Below are positions 37,834 to 48,514 of a DNA stretch of 64,000 nucleotides, one piece after another (position 1 is the stretch's first letter; each line of letters opens with the position of its first letter). Source of the stretch: an uncultured Bacteroidales bacterium (GTDB lineage Bacteria; Bacteroidota; Bacteroidia; Bacteroidales; CAYVNP01); contig CAYVNP010000015.1 of assembly GCA_964452905.1 (NCBI GenBank), positions 785-64,784 of the forward strand, read 5' to 3'. A program made the position numbers and the translations under genes. The notes beneath the pieces are model-generated. The model did no database searches. It had not been told where the DNA came from and worked only from the letters and a program-made list of their open reading frames with translations.

Positions 37834-38514
37834 ATGAGAATCAAAACAGTAATATTTATCTTTTTTACATTTATCTGTTTATCCTGTAAAAAGGATAAGG
37901 ATTCTCCCCCGTCCGATTTAGGATACTCTTACATTCCTGTTGATATTGGACGATGGAACATATATTCTGTTGATTCTACTGCATTAGATGCGTTTACAAA
38001 AAAAACAAAAAAATACAATTACCAACTGAAAGAAATCATTGAATCCGTTTTTCTTGATAATCAAGGACGAGAAACCCAACGCATTGAAAGATATATTCGT
38101 AGGAATGAAAATGAAAACTGGCAAATCGCAGATGTTTGGTATGCAAATAAAACATTTTCCACGTATGAAAAAGCTGAAGAGAATATTCGGTTTATCAAGC
38201 TATCATTCCCTGTCAGTATGGGCTTAAAATGGAATGGAAATGCATATAACGAATACCCTTCTCAAGAATATAAATATTCATCTGTTAATGACTCATATTC
38301 AATAAACGGATTTAAATTTGACTCAACTGTTACTGTTTTACAACAGCAGGAACAATCAAGTCTGGTCAGTGGGGATTTTGCCTATGAAATATATGCAAAA
38401 AATACCGGACTTATCTATAAAAAATTTTACGAGATGCGCAAAGCAAATGTATATGGAGATACATTACAGTTTATTGATTATACTTATAAAATAATAGCAT
38501 ACGGAAAAAACTAA
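37834..38514 (+). CDS. Hypothetical lipoprotein
   Basis: Lipobox ICLS/C followed by KKDKD; preceded by TATCTTTG (37799-37806); 4 nt upstream of the S8 protease gene. Confidence 0.8.
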   Translation: MRIKTVIFIFFTFICLSCKKDKDSPPSDLGYSYIPVDIGRWNIYSVDSTALDAFTKKTKKYNYQLKEIIESVFLDNQGRETQRIERYIRRNENENWQIADVWYANKTFSTYEKAEENIRFIKLSFPVSMGLKWNGNAYNEYPSQEYKYSSVNDSYSINGFKFDSTVTVLQQQEQSSLVSGDFAYEIYAKNTGLIYKKFYEMRKANVYGDTLQFIDYTYKIIAYGKN

Positions 38515-38518
38515 TCCA

Positions 38519-40213
38519 TTGAAATATCTACTTCTAATAATTACTCTTCTTTCGACCATTCAGGTTAATTCTCAGGTTTTTCCTGCAAAATTCAGAATTC
38601 GTTTTGCCGATAAAAACAGATCCCCGTATTCATTGAATGCACCCTCAAAATTTTTAACTGAAAAAGCAATAGAAAGAAGAAAAAAACAACAAATTGCTTT
38701 GTCCGAAAATGATATTCCTGTCAATCCTTTTTATTTAGACAGTTTAAAAAAAGCAGGTGCGGTTATATTAAATTATTCCAAATGGTTTAATAGCGCATTG
38801 ATTCTTGTTCACGATTCTTCTTCGTTTGTACACATCAGGTCATTTTCATTTATAAGCGGTATAGATACATTGGTTAAAAATTTTGAGGGTCTTAAAAAAT
38901 CCCCTATTGTTCACGTTCAGAAAGAAAAATTATTCTATGAACATTCCAATTCATTTACAACGGGGAAAAACTATTTTGACATCAAGAATGAAAATATGAC
39001 AAACGAACTTAAAAATCAATATGGCGCTTCGTTTGAACAGATTCAACTGTTAGGTGGAATTCGTCTGCATCAGGCAAATCATAAAGGGGATAACATGATC
39101 ATTGCCGTATTGGATGCGGGATTTTTAAATGTAGATAAACTGCATGCTTTTGATAGTTTATGGTTAACGAAAAGAATACTTTGAACAAAAAATTTTGTTG
39201 ACACCTCCGGAAATGTGTTTACGACCGGCTCACATGGCATGTATGTGTTATCATTGATTGGTGGGAATAAACCCGGGATTTTCATAGGTACTTCTCCCAA
39301 AGCCAGTTTCTGGCTCTTGCGCACAGAAGATGCTGACACAGAAAATATCATTGAAGAGGATAACTGGGTAGCCGGAGCTGAGTTTGCAGATAGTGTTGGT
39401 GCTGATATTATTTCTTCATCACTAGGATACACTGTTTTCGATGACAGTTTGCAAAATCATACATACTCACAGATGAACGGACATACAGCAAGAGCAAGTA
39501 TCGGAGCCAATATTGCAGCAAGCAAAGGGATTCTCGTTGTGAATTCTGCAGGAAATTCAGCACAAAAACCATTTAAACACATTGGTGCACCCGCTGATGC
39601 CGACAGCGTTCTGGCTGTTGGAGCAATTGATTTTAATGGTGTTCATGCAAAATTCAGTTCAATCGGACCTTCCGCTGATGGCCGGATCAAACCGGATATT
39701 TCTGCTCCGGGTGTTGAAGACGCTATTATCGGGTTAAACGACAGTATTACCTTTGGAAGCGGAACATCTTTTGCAGGTCCGTTGATCAGTGGATTGTCAG
39801 CTTGCTTATGGCAGTCCAGACCTGATCTATCCAATATGCAATTAATGAATATAATTAAAAAAAGTGCAGATAAATATTATAATCCGGATGAACTTTATGG
39901 ATACGGGGTGCCAAATTTTACGGTTGCGTTAATGAATCTTCAATCATCAACGGATGAAAAAAAAATCTCTCTTTATCCCAACCCGTTCAAGGAAAAGTTA
40001 AATGTAATTTTCTATAATTCTGAGGATTCACAAAAAGTAAATATTGAGGTGTACTCCTTAAACAGCATTAAATTATATTCATTAGAAAAATTATCAGTTA
40101 AAGGATATAATTATCTTTCCTTAAATAATTTGAATACTCTTCAGTCAGGATTTTATATATTGAGAATTATCACTGAAGATCAGGTGTTTACTGCAAAACT
40201 AATCAAACAATAA
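38519..40213 (+). pseudogene. S8 (subtilisin-like) serine peptidase with T9SS CTD, interrupted by an in-frame TGA at 39182-39184
   Basis: ORFs 38519..39184 and 39215..40213 share one frame (KRIL*TKNFVDTSGNVFTTGSHG). Catalytic Asp (VLDAGF) lies before the stop; His (SHGMYV) and Ser (GTSFAGP) lie after it; CTD LYPNPF...KLIKQ. Confidence 0.8.
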
Positions 40214-40243
40214 AACTATATATATAAACGGATCAATACCGTT

Positions 40244-40543
40244 TTATCTTTCTTTCAGTTTGTCTTTGTATTTCATTAACTGTTTTCGTAATGCTTCAAC
40301 TGCGCTGTCACTGGCTTCTTCAAAAGTTTTGGATTGCTTTTTAGCAAACAGATTACTTCCTCTGACAATCAATTTTATTTCTACAATTTTATTCTCTTCT
40401 TTTTCGGTGTTTTCAAGCTTAAGAATCACATCACTGCCAATAACACCACTGTAAATACTTGCAAGTTTATTAACTCGTTCAATGATAAAATCTTTTAACT
40501 CTTTATCCGCTTTAAATTGTATACTGTTGATATTTACTTTCAT
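40244..40543 (-). CDS. raiA: Ribosome hibernation factor (HPF/RaiA)
   Basis: MKVNINSIQFKAD...FEEASDSAVEALRKQLMKYK; rpsU-xerC-hpf context. Confidence 0.9.
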   Translation of the reverse strand: MKVNINSIQFKADKELKDFIIERVNKLASIYSGVIGSDVILKLENTEKEENKIVEIKLIVRGSNLFAKKQSKTFEEASDSAVEALRKQLMKYKDKLKER

Positions 40544-40566
40544 AAAAATTTATTTTTAATTAATTA

Positions 40567-41454
40567 TTATGCTTTAGGATGAGCTTGTTTATAAATAGTT
40601 TTTAGTTTTTCAATGGTATTATGCGTGTAAACTTGGGTAGCAGATAAGTTCGCATGACCTAATAATTCTTTAATTGCATTCAAGTCTGCACCATTGTTCA
40701 ACATATGAGTTGCAAAGGTATGACGTAAAACATGAGGACTTTTTTTCTTCAGAGTGGTAACTGTGCCAAGATAATAATTAACCATTCTGTAAATTAATTT
40801 CTGATAAATTTTTGTTCCTTTATCCGTCACAAAGAAAAAATCATTTGCTGCTTGCTCCTTGAATTCATTTCGTTTGACCTCCTGATAATTGGTGATCATG
40901 GTTTTAAGTTGATTGTTAAACGGAATGATACGTTCTTTATTTCGTTTGCCAAGCACTTTAAGGGTACAGTCGTATGTATTGATATCGGATGTTCTCAGAT
41001 TAACGAGTTCCGACAAACGGATGCCTGTAGCATAAAACATTTCCAATATCAATTGGTCTCTGACAGCAGTAAATCCTTTACCAAAATCAACCTGTTCAGA
41101 TAAAAGATTCATCTTGTCTTGCTCAACAAATACGGGTAATCGTTTGGAATTTTTAGGAGAAATAATCTTTTTCATCGGATTATCTGTGATCACACCTTCT
41201 TTCAGCAGATATTTGTAGAAGGTTTTAAGAGTAGAAATTTTTCGGTTGACAGTCCTTGAATTATTTTTTTCCTCCATCAGATTTGCCAGCCATGAACGGA
41301 TCATCAGATAATCAGCATGAATGATATCATCTGATTCAAATTGATTTATTAAATAAACGGAAAACTGGTCGAGGTCTTTTTGATAAGCGGTAAGCGTATG
41401 AACGGAGTAGCGTTTCTCAAACTGTAAATAACGGATAAAATTTTGTTCAAACAT
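40567..41454 (-). CDS. xerC: Tyrosine recombinase XerC
   Basis: TGIRLSE, LGKRNKER, SPHVLRHTFATH, LGHANLSATQVYTH. Confidence 0.9.
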   Translation of the reverse strand: MFEQNFIRYLQFEKRYSVHTLTAYQKDLDQFSVYLINQFESDDIIHADYLMIRSWLANLMEEKNNSRTVNRKISTLKTFYKYLLKEGVITDNPMKKIISPKNSKRLPVFVEQDKMNLLSEQVDFGKGFTAVRDQLILEMFYATGIRLSELVNLRTSDINTYDCTLKVLGKRNKERIIPFNNQLKTMITNYQEVKRNEFKEQAANDFFFVTDKGTKIYQKLIYRMVNYYLGTVTTLKKKSPHVLRHTFATHMLNNGADLNAIKELLGHANLSATQVYTHNTIEKLKTIYKQAHPKA

Positions 41455-41531
41455 GAAAGCTATTCATTAGGACACTTAAACAAATATACAATATTTGAAT
41501 AGCAAAAGCAAACAAATGAAACAGGAAATAA

Positions 41532-41729
41532 TTATAATGATTCCTGAGCGTCTCTGATTTGTCTGATATAGACGGCTTTCAGCATTTCGCTTCTTTTTTT
41601 AACTGAAGGCTTGGTGAATTTTTGTCTTTCACGCAATTCTTTAACAACACCTATCTTTTCAAATTTTCTTTTGAATTTTTTAAGCGCTTTTTCAATGTTT
41701 TCGCCTTCTTTAAGGGGGACAATGATCAT
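41532..41729 (-). CDS. rpsU: 30S ribosomal protein S21
   Basis: MIIVPLKEGENIEKALKKFKRK...FTKPSVKKR. Confidence 0.97.
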   Translation of the reverse strand: MIIVPLKEGENIEKALKKFKRKFEKIGVVKELRERQKFTKPSVKKRSEMLKAVYIRQIRDAQESL

Positions 41730-41757
41730 AAAATTTTATTTTTTAAATTTGAGGATG

Positions 41758-41765
41758 CAAAGTTA
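41758..41765 (-). promoter_or_regulatory. -7 promoter box for rpsU
   Basis: TAACTTTG(CA) on the minus strand. Confidence 0.6.
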
Positions 41766-41790
41766 TTAAAATACTTCAAAAAAACAAAAA

Positions 41791-42570
41791 TTATTTAGGA
41801 TTTTTAATTTTTCTAACAAATTCGGTAACAGCGGTTTGTAATTCATCTGTTTGTTGAATGTCTTGAATAAAGGCACTCCCGATAATTCCACCTGAAGAAT
41901 ATTTATTTGCAGACAAAAAGGATGAATGGTCTGAAATTCCAAAACCGGTAAGTAACGGATGCTTAAGATTAAGACTTGAAATTCTTTTAAAATAATTTTC
42001 CTGTTGCGCCATGAAATCTTTTTTTGCACCTGTGGTAGATGATGTGGATACCATATAAATAAATCCTTTACTCGCATCATCTATCTGTCTGATTCGATCT
42101 TCAGAGGTTTGTGGCGTGATTAGAAAAATATTGACCAATCCGTTTTTTTCAACTATTGATTTGTAATCCTTTTGATATTCAAGCAAAGGCAAGTCCGGCA
42201 GGATAATCCCGTCAATTCCGACATCCTTACATGTTGAACAAAATTTTTCCACACCGAAATGCAACACCGGATTAAGATATCCCATCAGCAGTAAAGGGAT
42301 TTTTATTTCTGTTCTGATGTTAGCTAGTTGATCAAATAAAATTTTCATGCTCATTCCATTTTGTAATGCGATGTGGCTGCTGTGCTGAATGATCGGACCA
42401 TCCGCCAGAGGATCCGAAAAAGGCATTCCAATCTCAATCATATCAGCACCTGCCTGTTGCAAAGCACGTATAATCAAAACTGTATCATTTAACTTTGGAT
42501 AGCCGGCAGTAAAATAAATGGATAAAATATTTTTTTGTTTTTCTTTAAATAGAATTTCTATTCGGTTCAT
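41791..42570 (-). CDS. trpA: Tryptophan synthase alpha chain
   Basis: YFTAGYP, IEIGMPFSDPLADGPIIQ. Confidence 0.97.
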   Translation of the reverse strand: MNRIEILFKEKQKNILSIYFTAGYPKLNDTVLIIRALQQAGADMIEIGMPFSDPLADGPIIQHSSHIALQNGMSMKILFDQLANIRTEIKIPLLLMGYLNPVLHFGVEKFCSTCKDVGIDGIILPDLPLLEYQKDYKSIVEKNGLVNIFLITPQTSEDRIRQIDDASKGFIYMVSTSSTTGAKKDFMAQQENYFKRISSLNLKHPLLTGFGISDHSSFLSANKYSSGGIIGSAFIQDIQQTDELQTAVTEFVRKIKNPK

Positions 42571-42585
42571 AGTATATATCCTTTT

Positions 42586-43770
42586 TTAGAATTTATCAAT
42601 TTGTTTAATATATGTATCAAGATCTTTATCGCCTCTGCCGGACACATTTACAATTATAGTTTCATTCGGTTTAAATTTAAGTTGTTCGAGTGCAGCCAGA
42701 GCATGGGCTGATTCCAGCGCAGGGATTATCCCCTCCAGTTTCGTTAGCTGAAAGGCAGCTTTCAACGCTTCATCATCTGTAACATTCAGATATTTTGCCC
42801 GTCCTGTTTTAAACAAATTGGCATGCATGGGTCCAATCCCCGGATAATCCAGCCCTGCAGAAATGGAATACGGTTCAGTGATTTGTCCGTCATCATCCTG
42901 CATCAGCAATGTTTTACTGCCATGAATAATTCCGGTATGTCCGAGTACAGTTGTAGCAGCAGATTCACCCGAGTCAATTCCTTTGCCGGATGCTTCTACA
43001 GCGATCAGATTCACTTTTTCATCATTCAAATAATAATAAAAAGCTCCGGCAGCATTACTGCCACCGCCAACACACGCAATGATATAATCAGGACATTCAT
43101 TTCCTGTTTTTTCGGATAATTGTTTACGCATCTCTTTACTGATCACAGATTGAAAACGAGCAACCATATCCGGAAAAGGATGAGGTCCAACAACAGAACC
43201 AATGATGTAATGCGTATCAACCGGATTATTGATCCAGTCTCTGATAGCTTCATTGGTCGCATCCTTGAGTGTTTTATTCCCACTATGTACGGGAACAACA
43301 GTTGCACCAAGCATTTTCATTCTGGCAACATTTGGTGACTGACGTTTTATGTCCGTATCACCCATATAAACAATGCATTCCATACCCATCAATGCACATA
43401 CCGTAGCTGTAGCCACACCATGCTGTCCTGCACCGGTTTCAGCTATGATTCTGGTTTTATGTAATCGTTTGGCAAGTAAAATCTGACCTAATGCATTATT
43501 GATCTTATGAGCGCCGGTATGCAGAAGATCCTCTCGCTTAAGATAAATTTTCGACTGATAATACTCAGACAATCTGGATGCATAATACAATGGTGTGGGG
43601 CGTCCAGCATAATCTTTCAACAGAGATTGAAATTCATTTTGGAACAACGGATCATTTAATATGGATACATATTTATTGCGCAAATCTTCGATATTCGGAT
43701 AAAGCATTTCCGGAATAAAAGCGCCGCCAAATGCGCCATAATAACCTTTTTCATTTACATTAAAATTCAT
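42586..43770 (-). CDS. trpB: Tryptophan synthase beta chain
   Basis: [35 protein letters not shown]. Confidence 0.98.
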   Translation of the reverse strand: MNFNVNEKGYYGAFGGAFIPEMLYPNIEDLRNKYVSILNDPLFQNEFQSLLKDYAGRPTPLYYASRLSEYYQSKIYLKREDLLHTGAHKINNALGQILLAKRLHKTRIIAETGAGQHGVATATVCALMGMECIVYMGDTDIKRQSPNVARMKMLGATVVPVHSGNKTLKDATNEAIRDWINNPVDTHYIIGSVVGPHPFPDMVARFQSVISKEMRKQLSEKTGNECPDYIIACVGGGSNAAGAFYYYLNDEKVNLIAVEASGKGIDSGESAATTVLGHTGIIHGSKTLLMQDDDGQITEPYSISAGLDYPGIGPMHANLFKTGRAKYLNVTDDEALKAAFQLTKLEGIIPALESAHALAALEQLKFKPNETIIVNVSGRGDKDLDTYIKQIDKF

Positions 43771-43778
43771 ACTATATA

Positions 43779-44423
43779 TTATTTAACAGATAGTTTATAT
43801 TTAAAATCTATAATTTTATTTATTTCTTTAAGTCCAGGTTCAAGTTCGAAATGACTATTGATGTCAACTGCATGAAAATTGACTTTTTCATGAAGTGTTT
43901 TAATTGCATCTATATCATCTAAATCAATTCCACCGCTCAGAAAAAAGGGAGTTGGTATTGAATAATTTTTAAAAATGGTCCAATTGAATTTTATTCCTGT
44001 ACCACCATATTCTTTTGAACCTGTATCGAATAAAAAATAACTGCACCAATCCTGAAAAGGAATACATTGGTCAAAATAAAATGCATCATTCACATGAAAA
44101 ACTTTAAATATCCGAATACCCGAATTGGATAAAGTTTCACAAAAACCGGCTGATTCATCACCATGCAATTGAATGAAATCAAGATTATATTTTTTTATTT
44201 TTTGAATGATCTCATTTAATTCTGAATTTACAAATACACCCACTTTTTTTATATGTTGCGGAATTGATTTTATAATTTCAGTTGAAAAATCATTGCCCAC
44301 AAAACGTTTTGATTTTTCATAAAAAATGAACCCAATGAAATCAGGAGAAACACTAATTAATTGCTTAATGTTTTCGGCATTTTTCATGCCACATACTTTT
44401 AATTTTATATTCAAATTATTCAT
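43779..44423 (-). CDS. trpF: Phosphoribosylanthranilate isomerase
   Basis: KVCGM, QLHGDE, LFDT..GGTG, FLSGG. Confidence 0.95.
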   Translation of the reverse strand: MNNLNIKLKVCGMKNAENIKQLISVSPDFIGFIFYEKSKRFVGNDFSTEIIKSIPQHIKKVGVFVNSELNEIIQKIKKYNLDFIQLHGDESAGFCETLSNSGIRIFKVFHVNDAFYFDQCIPFQDWCSYFLFDTGSKEYGGTGIKFNWTIFKNYSIPTPFFLSGGIDLDDIDAIKTLHEKVNFHAVDINSHFELEPGLKEINKIIDFKYKLSVK

Positions 44424-45234
44424 TTTTATTTACATTTCCACTATCTATCAGGGAATAAATCCTTTTAACGAAATCATCAAATGATTTTGCTGGATCTTTT
44501 GTTTTCATAAAAGTCTCCCCCATCAGGAATCCGTTAAATCCGGCATTTTTTAAATTTATAATCGTTTCAGGTTTACTGATCCCGCTTTCAGAAATTTTTA
44601 AAAATTGTTTTGGAATCAATTCAGACAATAAAAAGGATTGTTCAACATTCACTGTAAATGTTTTCAGATCTCTGTTATTAATGCCGATAATATCAATATA
44701 AGAATTGACCTTTTCTAATTCGTTTTTATCATGTACCTCAAACAGAATCTCTAATCCGAGTTGTTTGGCAAGCCGGGAAAACTGAAGTATTTCAGTGGTA
44801 GTTAGTGAAGCAGCAATTAACAAGATGACATCAGCGCCTAATGATTTTGCTTCAATGATCTGATATTCATCCACAATAAAATCTTTTCTTAAAATTGCAT
44901 TATCATTCGAACGACGAGCAATTTCGATATCTTCATTTGTCCCACCGAAATAATTTTGATCCGTCAAAACAGATAATCCTGATGCACCGTAAAGGGTGTA
45001 TCCCATGGTAACATCTTTAACAGAAACAGAATCATTAATCATTCCTTTGGAAGGCGAACGGCGTTTGAACTCGGCAATGATACCTGTTTTATGAACATCC
45101 ATCAAATTTCTTTTCAAAGAAATAACTTTTGATTTGAAATAAAATGTTTTTTCTAATTCATTTATCGGAATGAGCTTTTTTTGTTGTGCTACTTCCTTTT
45201 TTTTATGGATAATTATTTTATCTAATAGATTCAT
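44416..45234 (-). CDS. trpC: Indole-3-glycerol phosphate synthase
   Basis: IIAEFKRRSPSKG, LSVLTD, LRKDFI, GINNRDL, ISESGI. Confidence 0.97.
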   Translation of the reverse strand: MNLLDKIIIHKKKEVAQQKKLIPINELEKTFYFKSKVISLKRNLMDVHKTGIIAEFKRRSPSKGMINDSVSVKDVTMGYTLYGASGLSVLTDQNYFGGTNEDIEIARRSNDNAILRKDFIVDEYQIIEAKSLGADVILLIAASLTTTEILQFSRLAKQLGLEILFEVHDKNELEKVNSYIDIIGINNRDLKTFTVNVEQSFLLSELIPKQFLKISESGISKPETIINLKNAGFNGFLMGETFMKTKDPAKSFDDFVKRIYSLIDSGNVNKNE

Positions 45235-45262
45235 GAGAACATTTTATCAATTAATTATTATG

Positions 45263-46255
45263 TTATGATTGGCTTATAAGAGTTTGAAAAGATTTCAATG
45301 CTTTCCCTGATTGCAATGATTCCTGTGCCTGAGCAATACATTCATCAAGTGTTTTAGCTCTTTCTATGCATTTGATGGCCATCGCTGCATTGGCAATGAC
45401 AACCTGTTTCATTGCTTTCGTCCCTTTGTTTTCAAGTATATTCTTAAAAATAGATGCAGCTTCTTCTATCGTATTTCCACCCGCAATTTCTACGGGATCA
45501 ATTTTTTCAAAACCCATCTTTTCAGGGGAAATAATTTGTTCACTTGTATTAGAAATTACTTTACAGTTGCTGGTCAGAGATATTTCATCATAACCATCCA
45601 AACCATAGATGATCATAAAATTTTTGTCCGTTTGCTGATAAAGATAATTGTATATTCTTGCCAGATCAAGACTGAAAACACCCACTAATTGATTCTTTGG
45701 TAATGCAGGATTCACAAGCGGACCCAGCATATTGAAAAAAGTTTTTACTTTCAATGCTTTTCGGATCGGAGCCACAGTCTTCATTGCAGGGTGAAATAAT
45801 GGGGCATGCAAAAAACATATTCCGGATTTCTCAATCTGTTTTTTCAATGTATCATTCTCATTGGTAAATTTGAGCCCAAAGAATTCAAGTACATTGGACG
45901 ATCCGCAAATAGATGAAACGCCGTAGTTACCATGTTTTGCCACTTTATAACCTGCACCGGCAACAACAAAAGAAGCCAGTGTGGAAATATTAAATGTGTC
46001 TTTTCCGTCACCTCCGGTGCCGCACAGATCAATGGTTTCATAATCATTCAAATCCACTTTAACGCAAAGTTCTAACAGTGCATCTCTGAAACCGGCAAGT
46101 TCTTCAACGGTAATGGTTCGCATAATATAAACGGTCATAAATGAAGCAATCTCCTGCTCATTGTATTGTCCTTGAGCAATCTTGATCAGCACTTCGCGTG
46201 CAACTTCACGGGATAACTGCTTATGCTCAAATAAAAAATTCAATATTTTTTTCAT
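45263..46255 (-). CDS. trpD: Anthranilate phosphoribosyltransferase
   Basis: DLCGTGGDG, FNISTL, KHGNYGVSS, GYDEIS. Confidence 0.97.
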   Translation of the reverse strand: MKKILNFLFEHKQLSREVAREVLIKIAQGQYNEQEIASFMTVYIMRTITVEELAGFRDALLELCVKVDLNDYETIDLCGTGGDGKDTFNISTLASFVVAGAGYKVAKHGNYGVSSICGSSNVLEFFGLKFTNENDTLKKQIEKSGICFLHAPLFHPAMKTVAPIRKALKVKTFFNMLGPLVNPALPKNQLVGVFSLDLARIYNYLYQQTDKNFMIIYGLDGYDEISLTSNCKVISNTSEQIISPEKMGFEKIDPVEIAGGNTIEEAASIFKNILENKGTKAMKQVVIANAAMAIKCIERAKTLDECIAQAQESLQSGKALKSFQTLISQS

Positions 46256-46267
46256 CTTATTTTTTTA

Positions 46268-46840
46268 TTAACTATTTAACCAGTTTTTAATTAGTTGCAT
46301 TCCGTTTTCAGTCAATACAGACTCCGGATGAAATTGCACTCCTTTTACATCATACTGTTTATGAGATATTGACATGATCATCCCTTCGTCATCTTCCGCA
46401 GTAATAGTAAAACAATCCGGTAGTGTTTTTCTATCAACGACCCACGAATGGTATCGTCCGCCGAGAAATACATTAGGAATGTTCAAAAAAAGTTTTTCAT
46501 GTTCATCCAACACATGAATAGGAGTTGCAACACCATGAAACACTTTTGACAAATTAATAAGAGTTCCTCCGTATACTTCGCCAATTGCCTGATGCCCTAA
46601 ACACACTCCTAAAATACTTTTAGTGGAAGCATATTCTTTAATCAAAGCGGTTAATAAGCCGGCTTCATTGGGCAACCCCGGTCCGGGAGAAAGCACAATT
46701 TTATCATATTTTTTTATTTCATTCAATTCAATCTCGTCATTTCTATATACATCAATCACGCTGTGAGTAAGATTCTGCAAATAATGTACGAGATTATAAG
46801 TAAATGAATCATAATTATCAAAAACTAATATTTTCTTCAT
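46268..46840 (-). CDS. trpG: Anthranilate synthase component II (glutamine amidotransferase)
   Basis: DNYDSFTYNL, SPGPG, GVCLGHQ, GVQFHPES. Confidence 0.96.
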   Translation of the reverse strand: MKKILVFDNYDSFTYNLVHYLQNLTHSVIDVYRNDEIELNEIKKYDKIVLSPGPGLPNEAGLLTALIKEYASTKSILGVCLGHQAIGEVYGGTLINLSKVFHGVATPIHVLDEHEKLFLNIPNVFLGGRYHSWVVDRKTLPDCFTITAEDDEGMIMSISHKQYDVKGVQFHPESVLTENGMQLIKNWLNS

Positions 46841-46865
46841 GAGACTCTAATTTTTAAAAGTTTTA

Positions 46866-48269
46866 TTAAATCGTTTTTGCCAGTTCTATGGCATTTTTTA
46901 ATGCCAATAATTTATTGTTAACCTCATTCAATTCGCTTACATCATTGGATTCTGAAACGATACCAGCACCTGCCTGATAAAACAATGTATTGTTTTTGCT
47001 CAGAAAGGATCGGATCATGATGGCATGATTCAGTTCCCCGTTAAACCCGATGTATCCTATACCACCCCCGTAATATCCTCTTCTGCAGGATTCGTATTGG
47101 TCAATCAACTGCATGGCTTTATGTTTGGGAGCGCCGGATAGTGTGCCAGCCGGAAAAGTATCAGCAAGCACTTTGATGATATTTGTTCCTTTTTCAAGCT
47201 TCCCCGTAACTTTAGATACTAAATGAAGCACATGGCTGTAATACTGGACTTCACGGTAAGTTTCAACGTGAACATGATCTGAATTACGACTAAGATCATT
47301 GCGAGCCAGGTCAACAAGCATGACATGTTCGGCATTCTCTTTCGGATCTTTGGAAAGTTGTTCAGCAAGTATCTTATCTGCTTCATCATCCCCTGTTCGT
47401 TTGAACGTGCCTGCAATCGGATTAATGATTGCAGTATTATCCTGAATGATAATTTGTGCTTCAGGTGATGATCCGAAAAGTTTGTAATTGCCGTAATCAA
47501 AATAGAACAAATATGGTGAAGGATTGATTGACCTCAACGCCCTATATACATTGAACTCATCTCCTTGATAGTCCTGACTAAACGGACGCGATAAAACGAT
47601 CTGGAAAACATCCCCACGATGGCAATGTTCTTTTCCTTTATTTACCATCTGAATATAATCCTGATTCGACAATGAAGATTCTTCCTGACCATTCGTGCTA
47701 AATGGAAAGGTAGCATAGTTCATATTGTTCAGCAATTCCACGATATGTTCTATATTTCCTTGTTGCCCATTAACTATATTTTCCAGTATTATCAACTCAT
47801 TTTTAAAATGATTGACAGCAATAACATATTTATACATGCTATATACAATCTCAGGAATGGAACGTTCTGAAAAAACTGGAGACGTTAATTTAATGTTTTC
47901 AAAATATTGAACTGCATCATAGGCAACATAGCCGAAGAGACCGTTCACTTTCATGTCATTATTTGCCTCAACCTGAAACATTTTAATAAATTCATTCAAT
48001 TTATCCGGTACATATACAGATTGATCAATGCTGGTAGTATGTTGGCTCCCATCAGGATAATTTTCAATAATGTTTTGATCTTCTACTTTAAAAGAAGCAA
48101 TCGGTTCAAGACAAATAAATGAAAAACTATTTTCATTGCTATGATAATCTGAACTTTCAAGCAGAATAGAATTGACAAACCGGTCACGAAGTTTCAAAAA
48201 TATACTAACAGGTGTGATAATATCAGCGAGCATTTTAACTGTTCTGGTATTTATTTTAAAAGTATTCAT
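46866..48269 (-). CDS. trpE: Anthranilate synthase component I
   Basis: LLESS, NPSPYLFY, PIAGT, EHVMLVDLARNDL, FPAGTLSGAPK. Confidence 0.97.
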   Translation of the reverse strand: MNTFKINTRTVKMLADIITPVSIFLKLRDRFVNSILLESSDYHSNENSFSFICLEPIASFKVEDQNIIENYPDGSQHTTSIDQSVYVPDKLNEFIKMFQVEANNDMKVNGLFGYVAYDAVQYFENIKLTSPVFSERSIPEIVYSMYKYVIAVNHFKNELIILENIVNGQQGNIEHIVELLNNMNYATFPFSTNGQEESSLSNQDYIQMVNKGKEHCHRGDVFQIVLSRPFSQDYQGDEFNVYRALRSINPSPYLFYFDYGNYKLFGSSPEAQIIIQDNTAIINPIAGTFKRTGDDEADKILAEQLSKDPKENAEHVMLVDLARNDLSRNSDHVHVETYREVQYYSHVLHLVSKVTGKLEKGTNIIKVLADTFPAGTLSGAPKHKAMQLIDQYESCRRGYYGGGIGYIGFNGELNHAIMIRSFLSKNNTLFYQAGAGIVSESNDVSELNEVNNKLLALKNAIELAKTI

Positions 48270-48329
48270 TTTAAATTTTATTTAGTATATATTTATAATT
48301 TTAATATTTATAATAGTTCGCTTACGGAC

Positions 48330-48363
48330 AAAAAAAAAGCTTATCGCAGTTGGATAAGCTTTT
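48330..48363 (-). terminator. trp attenuator terminator hairpin
   Basis: Minus strand AAAAGCTTATC-CAACTGC-GATAAGCTTTTTTTTT between the leader peptide and trpE. Confidence 0.88.
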
Positions 48364-48399
48364 GAATTATATGTTAAAATTAGTTCAAAGGAATGCTGT

Positions 48400-48465
48400 T
48401 CAACGTACGATAATCTCCCGTAAGCCACGCCAGCACCAACTTCTATATAATTTTAATTGTTTCAT
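48400..48465 (-). CDS. trpL: trp operon leader peptide MKQLKLYRSWCWRGLREIIVR
   Basis: ATG at 48465, TGA at 48400; two Trp codons (TGG TGC TGG); lies between a -7 box and a terminator hairpin upstream of trpE. Confidence 0.8.
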   Translation of the reverse strand: MKQLKLYRSWCWRGLREIIVR

Positions 48466-48482
48466 ATTTAAATTACAGACTA

Positions 48483-48490
48483 CAAAAATA
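48483..48490 (-). promoter_or_regulatory. -7 promoter box for the trp leader/operon
   Basis: TATTTTTG 17 nt upstream of the leader ATG. Confidence 0.55.
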
Positions 48491-48514
48491 AAAATGTTTT
48501 TTAAATAAACAAAA

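Noticed and set aside
39182-39184. TGA as selenocysteine or as genome-wide UGA reassignment
   Set aside because: The position does not look like a Cys site and there is no convincing SECIS; TGA ends other genes normally (for example 20041-20043 and 27969-27971).
33563-41454. Two tyrosine recombinases as the ends of an integrative element
   Set aside because: They are typical chromosomal XerD and XerC and flank housekeeping genes such as glnA; no att repeats seen.
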